Positions 1 to 9,554 of a stretch of DNA of 64,000 nt are shown here, piece after piece. The DNA lies in contig JAWBTQ010000002.1 in the NCBI GenBank assembly GCA_038841535.1, positions 1-64,000 of the forward strand, read 5' to 3'. Position numbers and translations under genes: made by a program. Within the stretch, counting starts at the first letter, position 1, and each line of letters opens with the position of its first letter. Source of the stretch: Sulfolobales archaeon. Its GTDB lineage: Archaea > Thermoproteota > Thermoprotei_A > Sulfolobales > NBVN01. The notes below the pieces were generated by a model, which was given only the letters and a program-made list of their open reading frames with translations, searched no databases and was not told the DNA's origin.

Positions 1-972
1 AGCTATAGAGACCTCGCGAGAGCGTGGATAAGCGGGAAGACGTCTAATTCCAGCGAGCCTCATTGCCAGCTATCTGTAAGTAAGTGGCTTTACGAAAGGA
101 TTACTAGCTTGCTGGGGTCTAGTGGTGCTGAGACAATGCTTAAAGCATTTGAGGAAAGAACTTGGTGGCTTAGGCTGAACACTCTTAAAGCGCCTGAGGA
201 GAGAGTCCTGAAGGAACTTGAAGCTGAAGGTCTGGAATTCGAGGTACACTCCGAGATCCCTTATATGGTCAGAGTTCTTAAGTCTCCTAAGCCGATTAGA
301 CTTCTTAACCCAGTGCGGGAGTTTAGGGCACTGCCTCAAGACCTCGCTTCTGCCGTGTCTGTAGAGTTCATCGACGTTAGGCCGGGTGATGTAGTAGTTG
401 ACATGTGCGCCGCACCAGGACTTAAGACATCTTTGATTGTAATGCTAGAGGAAAGCGCTAGAGTTATAGCTTTCGATATATCTAGCAAGAGATTGAGAGT
501 TATGAGGCAACTACTTAAGAAGCTGGGTGTTCCCGAGAACAGCGTCCAACTAGCTCTTGCTGACTCCAGGTTCATAAACTTAGTTCGACCGGTTGATAAG
601 GTTCTTTTAGATGCTCCCTGCAGTAATTCGGGGTCTATCGATAAAGATCCAAGCATAAAGGCTACTCTAACGCAGGGTAAAGTAGAATTTCATAGTAACC
701 GCCAACTCGAGCTTCTTCTAAAATCCCTCGAGTTATCGGACTGCGTTGTGTACACTACGTGCTCAATATTACCTGACGAGGGAGAAGACGTCATCGAAAA
801 GATCGTGAAGAAAACGTCGGTAAAGCTAGTTGTTCCACCAAGATTTAGAAGCTTTTGTAGCCCTGGGTACCCTAGCTACGGATTTAGTAACAACGTATGC
901 AGGCTGTACCCGCACATACATAAGAGCGAGGGGTTTTTCATATCGCGGTTAGAGAGGCCGCAAGCATTGTAG
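1..972 (+). CDS. RsmB/NOP (NSUN) family RNA m5C methyltransferase, 5' end outside the window
   Basis: The frame is open from base 1. Motifs DMCAAPGLKT, LLDAPCSNSG and YTTCSI (both catalytic Cys) and a C-terminal EGFFI are present. Confidence 0.9.
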   Translation, partial: SYRDLARAWISGKTSNSSEPHCQLSVSKWLYERITSLLGSSGAETMLKAFEERTWWLRLNTLKAPEERVLKELEAEGLEFEVHSEIPYMVRVLKSPKPIRLLNPVREFRALPQDLASAVSVEFIDVRPGDVVVDMCAAPGLKTSLIVMLEESARVIAFDISSKRLRVMRQLLKKLGVPENSVQLALADSRFINLVRPVDKVLLDAPCSNSGSIDKDPSIKATLTQGKVEFHSNRQLELLLKSLELSDCVVYTTCSILPDEGEDVIEKIVKKTSVKLVVPPRFRSFCSPGYPSYGFSNNVCRLYPHIHKSEGFFISRLERPQAL

Positions 973-1093
973 ATTATTTTTGACTAGGTCATAGATAATG
1001 CTTGAAGTTGCTTGATGGGGAAATTTGCTCGGTCTACGATATTCAAAGAATCAAAGGATATTTTAGTAGCTCAGAAGTGATTTTGGTGACAAG

Positions 1094-1504
1094 TTGAGCC
1101 AGGAGAAACCCGCTAGAAAAAAAGTGCTAGTGGCTAAGCTCGGGCTAGATGGTCACGATAGAGGGGCTAAAGTTATAACGATGGCTCTACGAGATGCGGG
1201 TTTCAGAGTGGTCTACTTAGGTGTCCACCAGTCACCTGAGGACTTAGTGAGGGTAGCCCTCGAAGAAGATGTCGAAGCTATCGGTGTTTCAATTCTGTCT
1301 GGGAGTCATGAGGAGCTTGTATCTGATCTTGTTCGAATAGCTAAAGAAAAGGGTGTGAAAGTTCCCGTAATAGTTGGAGGAATAATACCTCCAGAAGATG
1401 TTCCAAGGCTTAAAGAGATAGGAGTCTATGAGGTTCTGCCTTCAGGAACTCCTTTATCTAAAGTTGTAGAAGTGTTTAAGAGAGCTCTAGGTGAGGAGGT
1501 GTGA
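1094..1504 (+). CDS. Methylmalonyl-CoA mutase small subunit (cobalamin-binding domain)
   Basis: AKLGLDGHDRGAKV (DxHxxG B12 ligand), GVSILSGSH and GGIIP motifs; GGTG upstream of the TTG start. Confidence 0.93.
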   Translation: MSQEKPARKKVLVAKLGLDGHDRGAKVITMALRDAGFRVVYLGVHQSPEDLVRVALEEDVEAIGVSILSGSHEELVSDLVRIAKEKGVKVPVIVGGIIPPEDVPRLKEIGVYEVLPSGTPLSKVVEVFKRALGEEV

Positions 1505-1908
1505 AGATAGACCACATAGGGGTGGCGGTAAAGAATCTCGACGAAGCCGTAAAGTTCTATAAAGACGTTCTCGGACTTGAGCTAGTAAAGATCGAGGAGG
1601 TTCCAGAGGAGAGAGTTAGGATAGCTATGTTCAGAGTAGGGGACTCCTACATCGAGCTTCTGCAGGGGACTGACCCAGAGTCAGCTGTCAGCAAGTTTAT
1701 AGAGAGAAGAGGTGAGGGCATTCACCATCTATCGATACACGTAGATGACGTAGACGCTAAGACCGAAGAACTCAAGTCTAAGGGTGTGACGCTGACCTAC
1801 GATAAGCCTAGGGAAGTATCTCACGGTGAAAGAAGGATAAACTTCATTCACCCTAAGAGCACCTTTGGGGTTTTACTTGAGATAATGACTAGGAGGGAGA
1901 GGAGTTGA
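1501..1908 (+). CDS. mce: Methylmalonyl-CoA epimerase (VOC family)
   Basis: IDHIGVAV, IELL, GEGIHHL and FIHPKSTFGVLLE motifs; overlaps both mutase genes by 4 nt. Confidence 0.93.
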   Translation: MKIDHIGVAVKNLDEAVKFYKDVLGLELVKIEEVPEERVRIAMFRVGDSYIELLQGTDPESAVSKFIERRGEGIHHLSIHVDDVDAKTEELKSKGVTLTYDKPREVSHGERRINFIHPKSTFGVLLEIMTRRERS

Positions 1909-3581
1909 CCGATTTCGAGAAACTCAAGCAGAAGCTAGCAGAGTGGGAGAACGAGGTAGTTCTCCCACTTCTTAGGAAGGTACCAGAGAGAAAGAAGGTG
2001 TTTAGTACTGAAGAGGGCCTTGAAGTAAGGAGGGTATATACTCTAGCGGACCTCGAGAAGTGGGATTACCTCGAGAAGCTCGGATTTCCGGGTGTGTACC
2101 CATTTACTAGAGGAATATATCCTACGATGTATAGAGGTAGGCCATGGACGATAAGACAGTACGCTGGCTACGGTTCTGCTGAGGACACTAACGAGAGGTA
2201 TAGGTACTTGTTAAGCATAGGTCAGACAGGACTTAGTATGGCCTTTGATCTACCGACTCAGCTTGGTTATGACCCGGATCACCCGCTCGCATGGTATGAG
2301 GTAGGGAAGGTAGGTGTCTCAGTGCCGGCAATAACTGAGATGGACATAGTGTTTAAGGATATACCGATGGAGAAGATCACTACGTCGATGACGATCAACG
2401 CTACCGCAATCGAGGTTCTATCCATGTACGTAGCTGTTGCTGAGAGTAGAGGTGTTCCGAAAGCCGTCTTAGATGGTACTACTCAGAACGACATACTCAA
2501 AGAATATATTGCAAGAAATAACTACATCTATCCACCTGAGCCCTCCATGAGGTACTCGGTTGACCTAATACTTTACACAGTTAAGGAGATGCCAAAGTGG
2601 AACCCGATAAGCATAAGCGGTTACCACATGGAGGAAGCCGGCGCTACTCCAGCGATGGAGGTAGCGTTCACGTTTGCTGACGCCGCTGAGTACATTAGGT
2701 GGGTTAAGGAAAGAGGTAGAGTTGATGTCGACTCTTTCGCACCCAAGCTCACGTTCTTCTTTGCTGCGAGAACCAACTTGTTTGAGCAGATAGCCAAGTT
2801 TAGAGCTGCGAGGAGGATGTGGGCCAAGTTGATGAAGGACTGGTTTTCGGCTAAAGACCAGAGGTCTATGGTCTTAAGGTTCCACACTCAGACTGCTGGA
2901 GTGCTTTTAACGGCTCAGCAGCCCATGGTTAACATAATAAGGACTACTCTTCAGGCTCTAGCGGCAGTTCTGGGTGGAACTCAGTCTCTCCACGTTAACT
3001 CCTACGATGAGGCTCTATCGCTACCTACGGAAGAATCTGTCAAGCTATCTATTAGAGTCCAGCAAGTGCTCCTCTACGAGTCCGGAGTTGCTGACACTAT
3101 TGACCCTATGGGAGGTTCCTACTACGTAGAATGGTTAACAGACCAGATAGAGGAGAAGGCATGGAAGTATCTTGAGGAAATAGAGAGAATGGGTGGAATG
3201 CTTAGAGCGATTAAGCTGGGGTATCCGCAGCGCGAGATTGCTAGAGCTGCTTACGAGTGGCAGATAAAGGTCGAAAAGAACGAGATACCTATAATTGGAG
3301 TAAACATGTTTACGGAGCCTGAGGCTCCGAAAGTGAAGATCCTAAAGGTAGATCCAGTATCGAGGGAGAGAGTGGTCAGCAGGTTGAGGAAGCTGAGGGA
3401 GAGTAGGGACCAAGTGAAGCTTAGAACTGTCGTCGATAACGTAAGGAGAGCTGCGGAGAAAGAGGATGTCAACATATTCATACCGATATATGAAGCAGTA
3501 AAAGCTGGTGCTACTATCGGAGAAATTAGTGGAGCTCTAAGGGAAGTGTGGGGAGAGTGGAGAGCTCCTGAGATATTCTAA
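1905..3581 (+). CDS. Methylmalonyl-CoA mutase large (substrate-binding) subunit
   Basis: YPFTRG, RQYAG, AFDLPTQLGYD, QNDILKEYIAR, ISISGYH and GGTQSLHVNSYDEA motifs. The Tyr in RQY and the Arg in EYIAR are the methylmalonyl-CoA specificity residues. Confidence 0.95.
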   Translation: MTDFEKLKQKLAEWENEVVLPLLRKVPERKKVFSTEEGLEVRRVYTLADLEKWDYLEKLGFPGVYPFTRGIYPTMYRGRPWTIRQYAGYGSAEDTNERYRYLLSIGQTGLSMAFDLPTQLGYDPDHPLAWYEVGKVGVSVPAITEMDIVFKDIPMEKITTSMTINATAIEVLSMYVAVAESRGVPKAVLDGTTQNDILKEYIARNNYIYPPEPSMRYSVDLILYTVKEMPKWNPISISGYHMEEAGATPAMEVAFTFADAAEYIRWVKERGRVDVDSFAPKLTFFFAARTNLFEQIAKFRAARRMWAKLMKDWFSAKDQRSMVLRFHTQTAGVLLTAQQPMVNIIRTTLQALAAVLGGTQSLHVNSYDEALSLPTEESVKLSIRVQQVLLYESGVADTIDPMGGSYYVEWLTDQIEEKAWKYLEEIERMGGMLRAIKLGYPQREIARAAYEWQIKVEKNEIPIIGVNMFTEPEAPKVKILKVDPVSRERVVSRLRKLRESRDQVKLRTVVDNVRRAAEKEDVNIFIPIYEAVKAGATIGEISGALREVWGEWRAPEIF

Positions 3582-4044
3582 AGGTTACTAGCACTAAGTA
3601 CCCTTTTTCACCTCGCTTAAGTGCTTCAACTAGGGCCCTATCTAGGTCTTTCGAAGCTTTATTGGATCTCAACCCGATAGTTGAGTCATCTACATAGTGA
3701 GACTTTCTGATTATTAGCTTCTGCGCGTTTTTAAGTGTGAGCTTGTCGGAGCCTTCAGCTATGAAGTAGTCAAAGAGTCCGCTACTAGTTATGATTATTC
3801 CGAGCAGTGTCCCCCCTATCTTGAGGTTTTCCTTTATGCACTGTCTCAAGTCTGAAGCTCCCTTATTGCTCTTAATACCAATTATGCAGTCACCTCTCGG
3901 TGTTAGGTAATCATCTCTCGTTACTTCGAGCGTGGTTCGGTGGGTTGCTCGAACGTTTACATGGCCCTCGAAAGTCACGACATCTATACAGTACTCCAAA
4001 GACATACCCCATAGTATATCGAGAAACAGCTTATCACCCCCCAT
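3526..4044 (-). CDS. DUF371 domain protein
   Basis: GHVNVRATHRTTLEVTRDDYLTPRGDCIIGI and IRKS..D motifs. Start is 4044 or 4005. The 3' end overlaps the convergent mutase gene. Confidence 0.85.
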   Translation of the reverse strand: MGGDKLFLDILWGMSLEYCIDVVTFEGHVNVRATHRTTLEVTRDDYLTPRGDCIIGIKSNKGASDLRQCIKENLKIGGTLLGIIITSSGLFDYFIAEGSDKLTLKNAQKLIIRKSHYVDDSTIGLRSNKASKDLDRALVEALKRGEKGYLVLVTFRISQELSTLPTLPLELH

Positions 4045-4069
4045 AACCTATCTAATTCGGGGTGGGCCT

Positions 4070-4723
4070 ATCTTTAAGGATGAGCGAGAGAGAGTGATAC
4101 GTTCTCTAGTGGCAGAGGGTTACCTATCTAGCCAGACCGTAATTGAAGCAATGCTCAAGGTTCCTCGGGAGGAGTTCGTCCCACCTGAGTACAGGAGGTT
4201 TAGTTACTACGATACGCCACTACCTATTGGATACGGTCAGACGATAAGTGCTATGCACATGGTCGCCATAATGACTGAGAAGCTCAATCCGATGCCTGGC
4301 CATAGAGTTCTGGAGATTGGAACTGGAAGTGGCTACCAGGCAGCAGTACTAGCGGAGATCGTCGGAATTAAGGGACATGTCTGGACCATAGAGAGAATTC
4401 CCGAGCTAGCTGAGTACGCTTTCGCAAACCTAAGGAGGACTGGCTACATCGATCGCACAACAGTTGTCGTAAGTGACGGCAGTGAAGGATTTCAGCCCGC
4501 CGCACCTTACGACGGAATAATAGTTACAGCGGCAGCACCCGACGTTCCCAAACCCCTAATAAAGCAGCTTAAGAAGGGAGGTAGGCTAGTCATCCCAGTG
4601 GGTAATAGGTGGGTTCAAGTACTGAGAATCATAGTGAAAGAAAACAGCAAGCTCTGGGCTGAAGACGTTCTCCCGTGTGCGTTCGTACCCTTAATAGGTA
4701 GGTACGGATTTAAGAGCTACTGA
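4070..4723 (+). CDS. pcm: Protein-L-isoaspartate O-methyltransferase
   Basis: VPREEFV, PIGYGQTISAMHM, VLEIGTGSGYQAA, APYDGIIVTAA and GGRLVIPVG motifs. Start is uncertain (ATC 4070 or GTG 4094); the 3932 start overlaps the divergent gene. Confidence 0.93.
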   Translation: MFKDERERVIRSLVAEGYLSSQTVIEAMLKVPREEFVPPEYRRFSYYDTPLPIGYGQTISAMHMVAIMTEKLNPMPGHRVLEIGTGSGYQAAVLAEIVGIKGHVWTIERIPELAEYAFANLRRTGYIDRTTVVVSDGSEGFQPAAPYDGIIVTAAAPDVPKPLIKQLKKGGRLVIPVGNRWVQVLRIIVKENSKLWAEDVLPCAFVPLIGRYGFKSY

Positions 4724-5153
4724 AAAGCCTATAGTCGAAGAAGTAAAGCAGTTAATCAAAGATTATAGCATTTGGAGCAGAGAGTCCACAAAGCTTGCAT
4801 AGTATAGCAGTCTCTATCGTTTCATTAGCGATGCCAGTCATAGCTGTAGTTTTTATTAAGCCAGAGCCGGTTCTGTGGTTTAGGTAATGACGATCGGAGA
4901 GTATTTTCAACTTTGAACATTTCCACATCACTCCTAAATTACAACCTGAAAGCAGCATTAAGTATAGCTTTTATTTAAAGATGATGAAAGCTTATCCCGC
5001 TACTTTACGCGTAACGCATTAACCACCTCGGAAGATATCATGAGCGTATTACAGAGCTCAAGTAAAATATGAACGTTAACTCGAGAACTGGGTTGATGCG
5101 TGCTGCATTCAGCTTATATACTAAAGGAGATCGAGTACATGGTGAACAGAAAG

Positions 5154-5543
5154 ATGGTCGGGAAAGCTAGAGTCATGAAGTTTAAGGAGGCAGAGGAGTT
5201 TCCCGCTCCTCCCCCCTCTAAAAAGGTTAGTAAAATACTTATAGATCCTGTACTGGGTTCTACTAATGTTGCCATAGGTATAGTAACATATCCCCCCGGA
5301 GAGAAAGGTTCACCCCATGCCCATGAAGACTGCGAAGAGTTCATGTTAATACTTAAAGGAAGGGCCAAAGTCGTTAACGAAGATGGTAGCTTTGAGATCG
5401 CTGAACCACTCGACTTAATATATGCTCCACCTAAAACTAAGCACTCCATAGAGAATGCCGGCAATGAGGACCTAGTGTTTGTGTGGATATACTCTCCCCC
5501 TGGAGAAGAGAAAAAGATCCGCGAGAGAAAATCTAAGAAATAA
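5154..5543 (+). CDS. Cupin domain protein
   Basis: PHAHEDCEE and P..KHSIEN metal-binding cupin motifs; GGTGA upstream of ATG 5154. Confidence 0.85.
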   Translation: MVGKARVMKFKEAEEFPAPPPSKKVSKILIDPVLGSTNVAIGIVTYPPGEKGSPHAHEDCEEFMLILKGRAKVVNEDGSFEIAEPLDLIYAPPKTKHSIENAGNEDLVFVWIYSPPGEEKKIRERKSKK

Positions 5544-5676
5544 ATTCAACCAGTTCTTTAGCTTTGTTTAAAAATACTATAGGATATCTTAATAAAAAAT
5601 TCAGTAAGTAATTCAATAAGTCTTTTATTCAAAGTGTATTTATATTTGAATGCACAGTTATAGTGTGGTGTATCTA

Positions 5677-6483
5677 ATGCCCGCAGTAAAGCTATGGGAA
5701 ATGAAGTGGCCTGAGTTAGTTGAATATACTAAGAGAGTTTGTGATGTAGCCATAGTTCCGGTGGGGTCTATAGAGCAGCATGGTCCTCACGCTCCTCTAG
5801 GTACCGACTCCCTAAACGCAATAAAGGTTGCCGAAATGGTCTCAGAGAGGACGGGTGCGGTACTTGCGCCTCCGATATGGTACGGAGCCCACATGTATCA
5901 TCAGCTAGGTTTTCCTGGAACCGTACCCATAAGGTCAGATATCCTAAAGGAGTACCTTAAAGATGTCATAAGGGGTCTAGTTAACGCAGGCTTTAAGAAA
6001 ATAATAGTGTTAAACGCTCATGGGCAGCAGTGGGTCCTTGTTGGTGCATTACATGACATAGCCCCCGAGGTTAAAGTTTTCATAGCTGTAGCCACCCTTT
6101 GGGAACTAGCTAGAAAGACCATAAATGAAGTATGTGAAGAACCGTTTAGACACGCCGACGAGTGTGAAACGTCCATCTCGCTAGCTCTGTATCCAGAGCT
6201 CGTTGACATGGGTAGAGCTGGCAAAGAAAAGCCACCAACATTTGTAGACCATGAGTATCTCGGTGGAACTACCTACATGCCCGAGGAGGGAGGCTTCCCG
6301 CACCACAATATAACGGCATTCTACTTCCAGAAAGAGACTCTGAAGTTGGGCATACTAGGTGATGCCACCAAGGCCTCAGCCGAAAAAGGCAAGGTCATCA
6401 TTGAAGACGCTGTTAACAGGCTATCGCAGTTTATAAACGACTTACTGAAGAAGTTCCCGCCTGGAGTTAGCCCGTTTCAGTAA
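5677..6483 (+). CDS. Creatininase/creatinine amidohydrolase family protein
   Basis: PVGSIEQHGPHAPLGTD, FPGT, NAHG, HADECETS and GDATKASAEKG motifs. Confidence 0.9.
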   Translation: MPAVKLWEMKWPELVEYTKRVCDVAIVPVGSIEQHGPHAPLGTDSLNAIKVAEMVSERTGAVLAPPIWYGAHMYHQLGFPGTVPIRSDILKEYLKDVIRGLVNAGFKKIIVLNAHGQQWVLVGALHDIAPEVKVFIAVATLWELARKTINEVCEEPFRHADECETSISLALYPELVDMGRAGKEKPPTFVDHEYLGGTTYMPEEGGFPHHNITAFYFQKETLKLGILGDATKASAEKGKVIIEDAVNRLSQFINDLLKKFPPGVSPFQ

Positions 6484-6545
6484 CTAAATACCTGCATTAA
6501 ATTAGGAGCAAATAAAGGGGGGTAAGGCATAAATACGAACGATTT

Positions 6546-7154
6546 TTATTGTTTGGTGCTAGTATTGCGGCTTCTCAATATCTTAGCTCTCTCTCTGGCT
6601 TTCTCTACTACTTCCTCCACATAATTTCTCCCAGTGCTATCTATAACAACTATTAGGGGGCCGAAGTTCTCTACTTCGAGGACCCACATAGCCTCAGGTA
6701 TCCCAAGGTCTAGCCACTCCACTTTCGTAACTCTCTTTACTGCCCGAGCAGCAAGTACGGCAGCTCCTCCGGTGAAAGTGGCATAAGCAGCTCCATACTT
6801 AGCACATGCTTCTGCTGTTTTAGGTCCCATACCACCTTTACCTACAATAAGCCTCACTCCGGTCTTCTCTATTACCTCTGGTTCGTAGAGCTCAAGTCGG
6901 GTGCTAGTCGTCGGGCCTGCAGATAGTATTTCCCACTCACTATTGCTCCTTGCTACTACGGGACCGCAGTGGTAGATAACTCCACCTCGGAGGTCTACTG
7001 GGAGAGTCTTACCGGTTTTCAGGTATTCTACAATTCTCCTGTGGGCAGCATCTCTAGCGGTAACGATAGTTCCACTTACATATACTACATCACCTATCTT
7101 CAGAGATCTGACGGCAGGCTCTTCAATAGGTGTTCTAAGAGTAAATACTGCCAC
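6546..7154 (-). CDS. Class I fumarate hydratase / L-tartrate dehydratase, beta subunit
   Basis: TARDAAH, YHCGP, AGPTTS, GKGGMG and LGIPEAMW motifs. Confidence 0.93.
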   Translation of the reverse strand: MAVFTLRTPIEEPAVRSLKIGDVVYVSGTIVTARDAAHRRIVEYLKTGKTLPVDLRGGVIYHCGPVVARSNSEWEILSAGPTTSTRLELYEPEVIEKTGVRLIVGKGGMGPKTAEACAKYGAAYATFTGGAAVLAARAVKRVTKVEWLDLGIPEAMWVLEVENFGPLIVVIDSTGRNYVEEVVEKARERAKILRSRNTSTKQ

Positions 7155-7167
7155 CTACAACACCCTC

Positions 7168-8046
7168 TTACTGACTGATTTCGAAGGTGCCGTCAGCCCT
7201 CACGATTGCCGTAGCACGTCTAGTAGCCCAACACTGGAATACCACTGCTACAGGGTATGTTGCTGGGTGTCTGTGGGCGTAGTCTATGTGGACTGCTAGA
7301 ACAGTAATTCTACCACCGAGGCCCATTACACCAATGCCAAGTTCGTTAACGGTATCTCTAAGTTCACCCTCAAGCCTAGTCAGTTCAGGGTCCTCATTGG
7401 AAGTGCCGATCTTTCTTAAGGAGGCAGCCTTCTTCGCTAAAAAAACAGCAGTATCAGTCCCCCCACCAATTCCTACACCTACAATAGTTGGTGGACACGG
7501 CATCGCACCAGCATGAAGCACCGAGTCCACTACTACTTCTTTGATGGCATCGAGGCCCATCCCGGGTGGGACCATGCGTAAAACAGTAGGATACTCCGAG
7601 CCCCCACCTTTAGGAACTACCGTAAAATTAAGGCTGTCTCCAGGTACTAATTTCCAGTAGATGTGGGGGTTATGCCTGCCAGTATTATCCCCAGTATTAA
7701 CCCTAGTAAGCGGGTGTACGCTATTTGGTCTTAGGGGGACAAGTTGTGTCGCTCTTCTAACAGCTCTTACTAGAGATTCTTCTATGTATCGTAGTGCTGG
7801 AAAGTCGTAGCCTACTTCTACATAGAAATATATAGTTCCCGTATCCTGACATACAGGTCTCTGAAGTTTTTCGGCAAGTTCTATATTGTCGAGTATGGAC
7901 TTAAGCTGTGCCCTAGCTATATCACTATCCTCTTCTTGGTACGCTCTCGATAGAGCCTGCTTAACATCTGGTGGAATGTATATTACAGCCCTCCTAATGC
8001 TCTCTATAGCTGCGAGTTCTATCGCTTTAGCCAGACCGTCATTCAA
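7168..8046 (-). CDS. Class I fumarate hydratase / L-tartrate dehydratase, alpha subunit (4Fe-4S)
   Basis: PVCQDTG, KGGGSE, PCPP..VGVGIGG, GLGG and QCWA.R motifs. Confidence 0.93.
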   Translation of the reverse strand: MNDGLAKAIELAAIESIRRAVIYIPPDVKQALSRAYQEEDSDIARAQLKSILDNIELAEKLQRPVCQDTGTIYFYVEVGYDFPALRYIEESLVRAVRRATQLVPLRPNSVHPLTRVNTGDNTGRHNPHIYWKLVPGDSLNFTVVPKGGGSEYPTVLRMVPPGMGLDAIKEVVVDSVLHAGAMPCPPTIVGVGIGGGTDTAVFLAKKAASLRKIGTSNEDPELTRLEGELRDTVNELGIGVMGLGGRITVLAVHIDYAHRHPATYPVAVVFQCWATRRATAIVRADGTFEISQ

Positions 8047-8053
8047 AAGCGCG

Positions 8054-9406
8054 TCACCAGCAACCGAAGGGCGGATGCACCGTTATTAAGTTGTTGCTTA
8101 GGGCTAGTTTGGTGTATTTCTTCGGGCGCTCTATCAGCTCGCGTATCTCGTTCTCTAGCTCGCTACGGCTCATAGTCCTCCTAGCTAGTCCTAGCTCCAT
8201 AGCTTTCTCAGCTACTGCTATAGCCTCTAGAACATACGCCCCCTCTTCGTCCATTCTAGGTATTACGTACTCTTCGTGGATACCCCTCTCTTCGGCGTAC
8301 CTAGCTAACGCGTATGCTGCTGATACGAACATCTCGTCAGCCATTTTTCTGGCTCTCACGGTTAAGACTCCTCTGAATACTGCCGGGAATCCTAGACTGT
8401 TGTTTATCTGGTTCGGGAAGTCGGATCTCCCTGTAGCAACTATTCTAGCACCACCCTCTTTGGCTTCCCAAGGCCATATCTCCGGTGTCGGGTTGGCTTC
8501 AGCAAAGACTATAGCATTGCTGTTCATCTCTTTAACCCACTCCTTCTTAATTACTCCCGGCCCGGGTGTTGAAGCAGCAATAACCACATCGGCACCCCTC
8601 ATAGCTTCTCTGATACCCCCTGTTACTCCCTCTCCGTTGCTCTCTATAGCAATAGCGTGCTTCCACGGGTTCTCTTCTTTTAGCTTCTCTAAATCGGGAC
8701 GACTCCAATGTAGAACTCCCTTAGTATCTACTACAAGTATGTTCTTCGGGTTGACGCCAACCACCTTAAGATACTTGTATAGGGCTATGTTAGCTGCTCC
8801 GGCACCTATGAGTGCTATTTTAACCTCGCTTATTTTCTTGTTCACAACCTTCAGTGCGTTTACTAGTGCCGCGATATTCACTAGAGCTGTCCCCTGCTGG
8901 TCATCGTGCCAGACAGGTATTTCAAGGATTTCCTGAAGCTTCTCGAGTATGTAAAAGCACTTAGGTGATTCAATGTCCTCTAGGTTGATAGCACCAAAAC
9001 TGGGCTCTAGGGCTTTTACTAGGTAGATAAATTTATCGGGATCTCGTTCTCTAACAACGAGAGGAACAGCATCGACACCTCCCAGATACTTAAAGAGCAG
9101 AGACTTCCCCTCCATAACTGGGAGAGCGGCTTCAGGGCCTATGTTGCCTAGTCCGAGAACTCTAGTTCCATCGCTTATTACAGCAGCATAATTCCACCTT
9201 AGAGTATAATCAAATGAGAAGTCAGCACCTTCTTCGCGTATCTTCTTACAGGGATAAGCTACACCAGGAGTGTACCAAACAGAAAAGTCATCTAATTTAG
9301 TCACAGGAACCTTTGGGACAACCTCGATTTTCCCCTTGTACTTCCTGTGGAGCTCTAGCGAGACCGTAAACCAATCCACGCCTTTCGTGCTCACGGATTT
9401 CACCAC
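8054..9406 (-). CDS. NAD(P)-dependent malic enzyme (MaeB N-terminal type)
   Basis: YTPGVA, DGTRVLGLGNIGPEAALPVMEGK, INLEDI, HDDQQGT, GAGAA, ANPTPEI and ATGRSDFPNQINN motifs. Confidence 0.95.
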   Translation of the reverse strand: MVKSVSTKGVDWFTVSLELHRKYKGKIEVVPKVPVTKLDDFSVWYTPGVAYPCKKIREEGADFSFDYTLRWNYAAVISDGTRVLGLGNIGPEAALPVMEGKSLLFKYLGGVDAVPLVVRERDPDKFIYLVKALEPSFGAINLEDIESPKCFYILEKLQEILEIPVWHDDQQGTALVNIAALVNALKVVNKKISEVKIALIGAGAANIALYKYLKVVGVNPKNILVVDTKGVLHWSRPDLEKLKEENPWKHAIAIESNGEGVTGGIREAMRGADVVIAASTPGPGVIKKEWVKEMNSNAIVFAEANPTPEIWPWEAKEGGARIVATGRSDFPNQINNSLGFPAVFRGVLTVRARKMADEMFVSAAYALARYAEERGIHEEYVIPRMDEEGAYVLEAIAVAEKAMELGLARRTMSRSELENEIRELIERPKKYTKLALSNNLITVHPPFGCW

Positions 9407-9554
9407 GTTTCACCTGGTGGGCGGTATAAAAGCTAGAAAAGACAGTTCAATGAAATTTAGGGTCTATTTGATTGTATAAACCAGTCCCCTAATAGGAGTC
9501 GCTAGTGAAGTATAAATCAGTTAAAACTTTAACGAATTTGGTGTGCTATTTATG

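Noticed and set aside
4752-4958. 68-aa minus-strand ORF with an SD-like GGAGTG
   Set aside because: No recognisable family; it may be a gene relic but cannot be supported.
8091-8936. Long antisense ORFs (281 aa here; also 61555-62223, 35989-36537, 40234-40752, 53141-53665)
   Set aside because: These are shadows of well-supported genes on the opposite strand, Ser-rich and without motifs.
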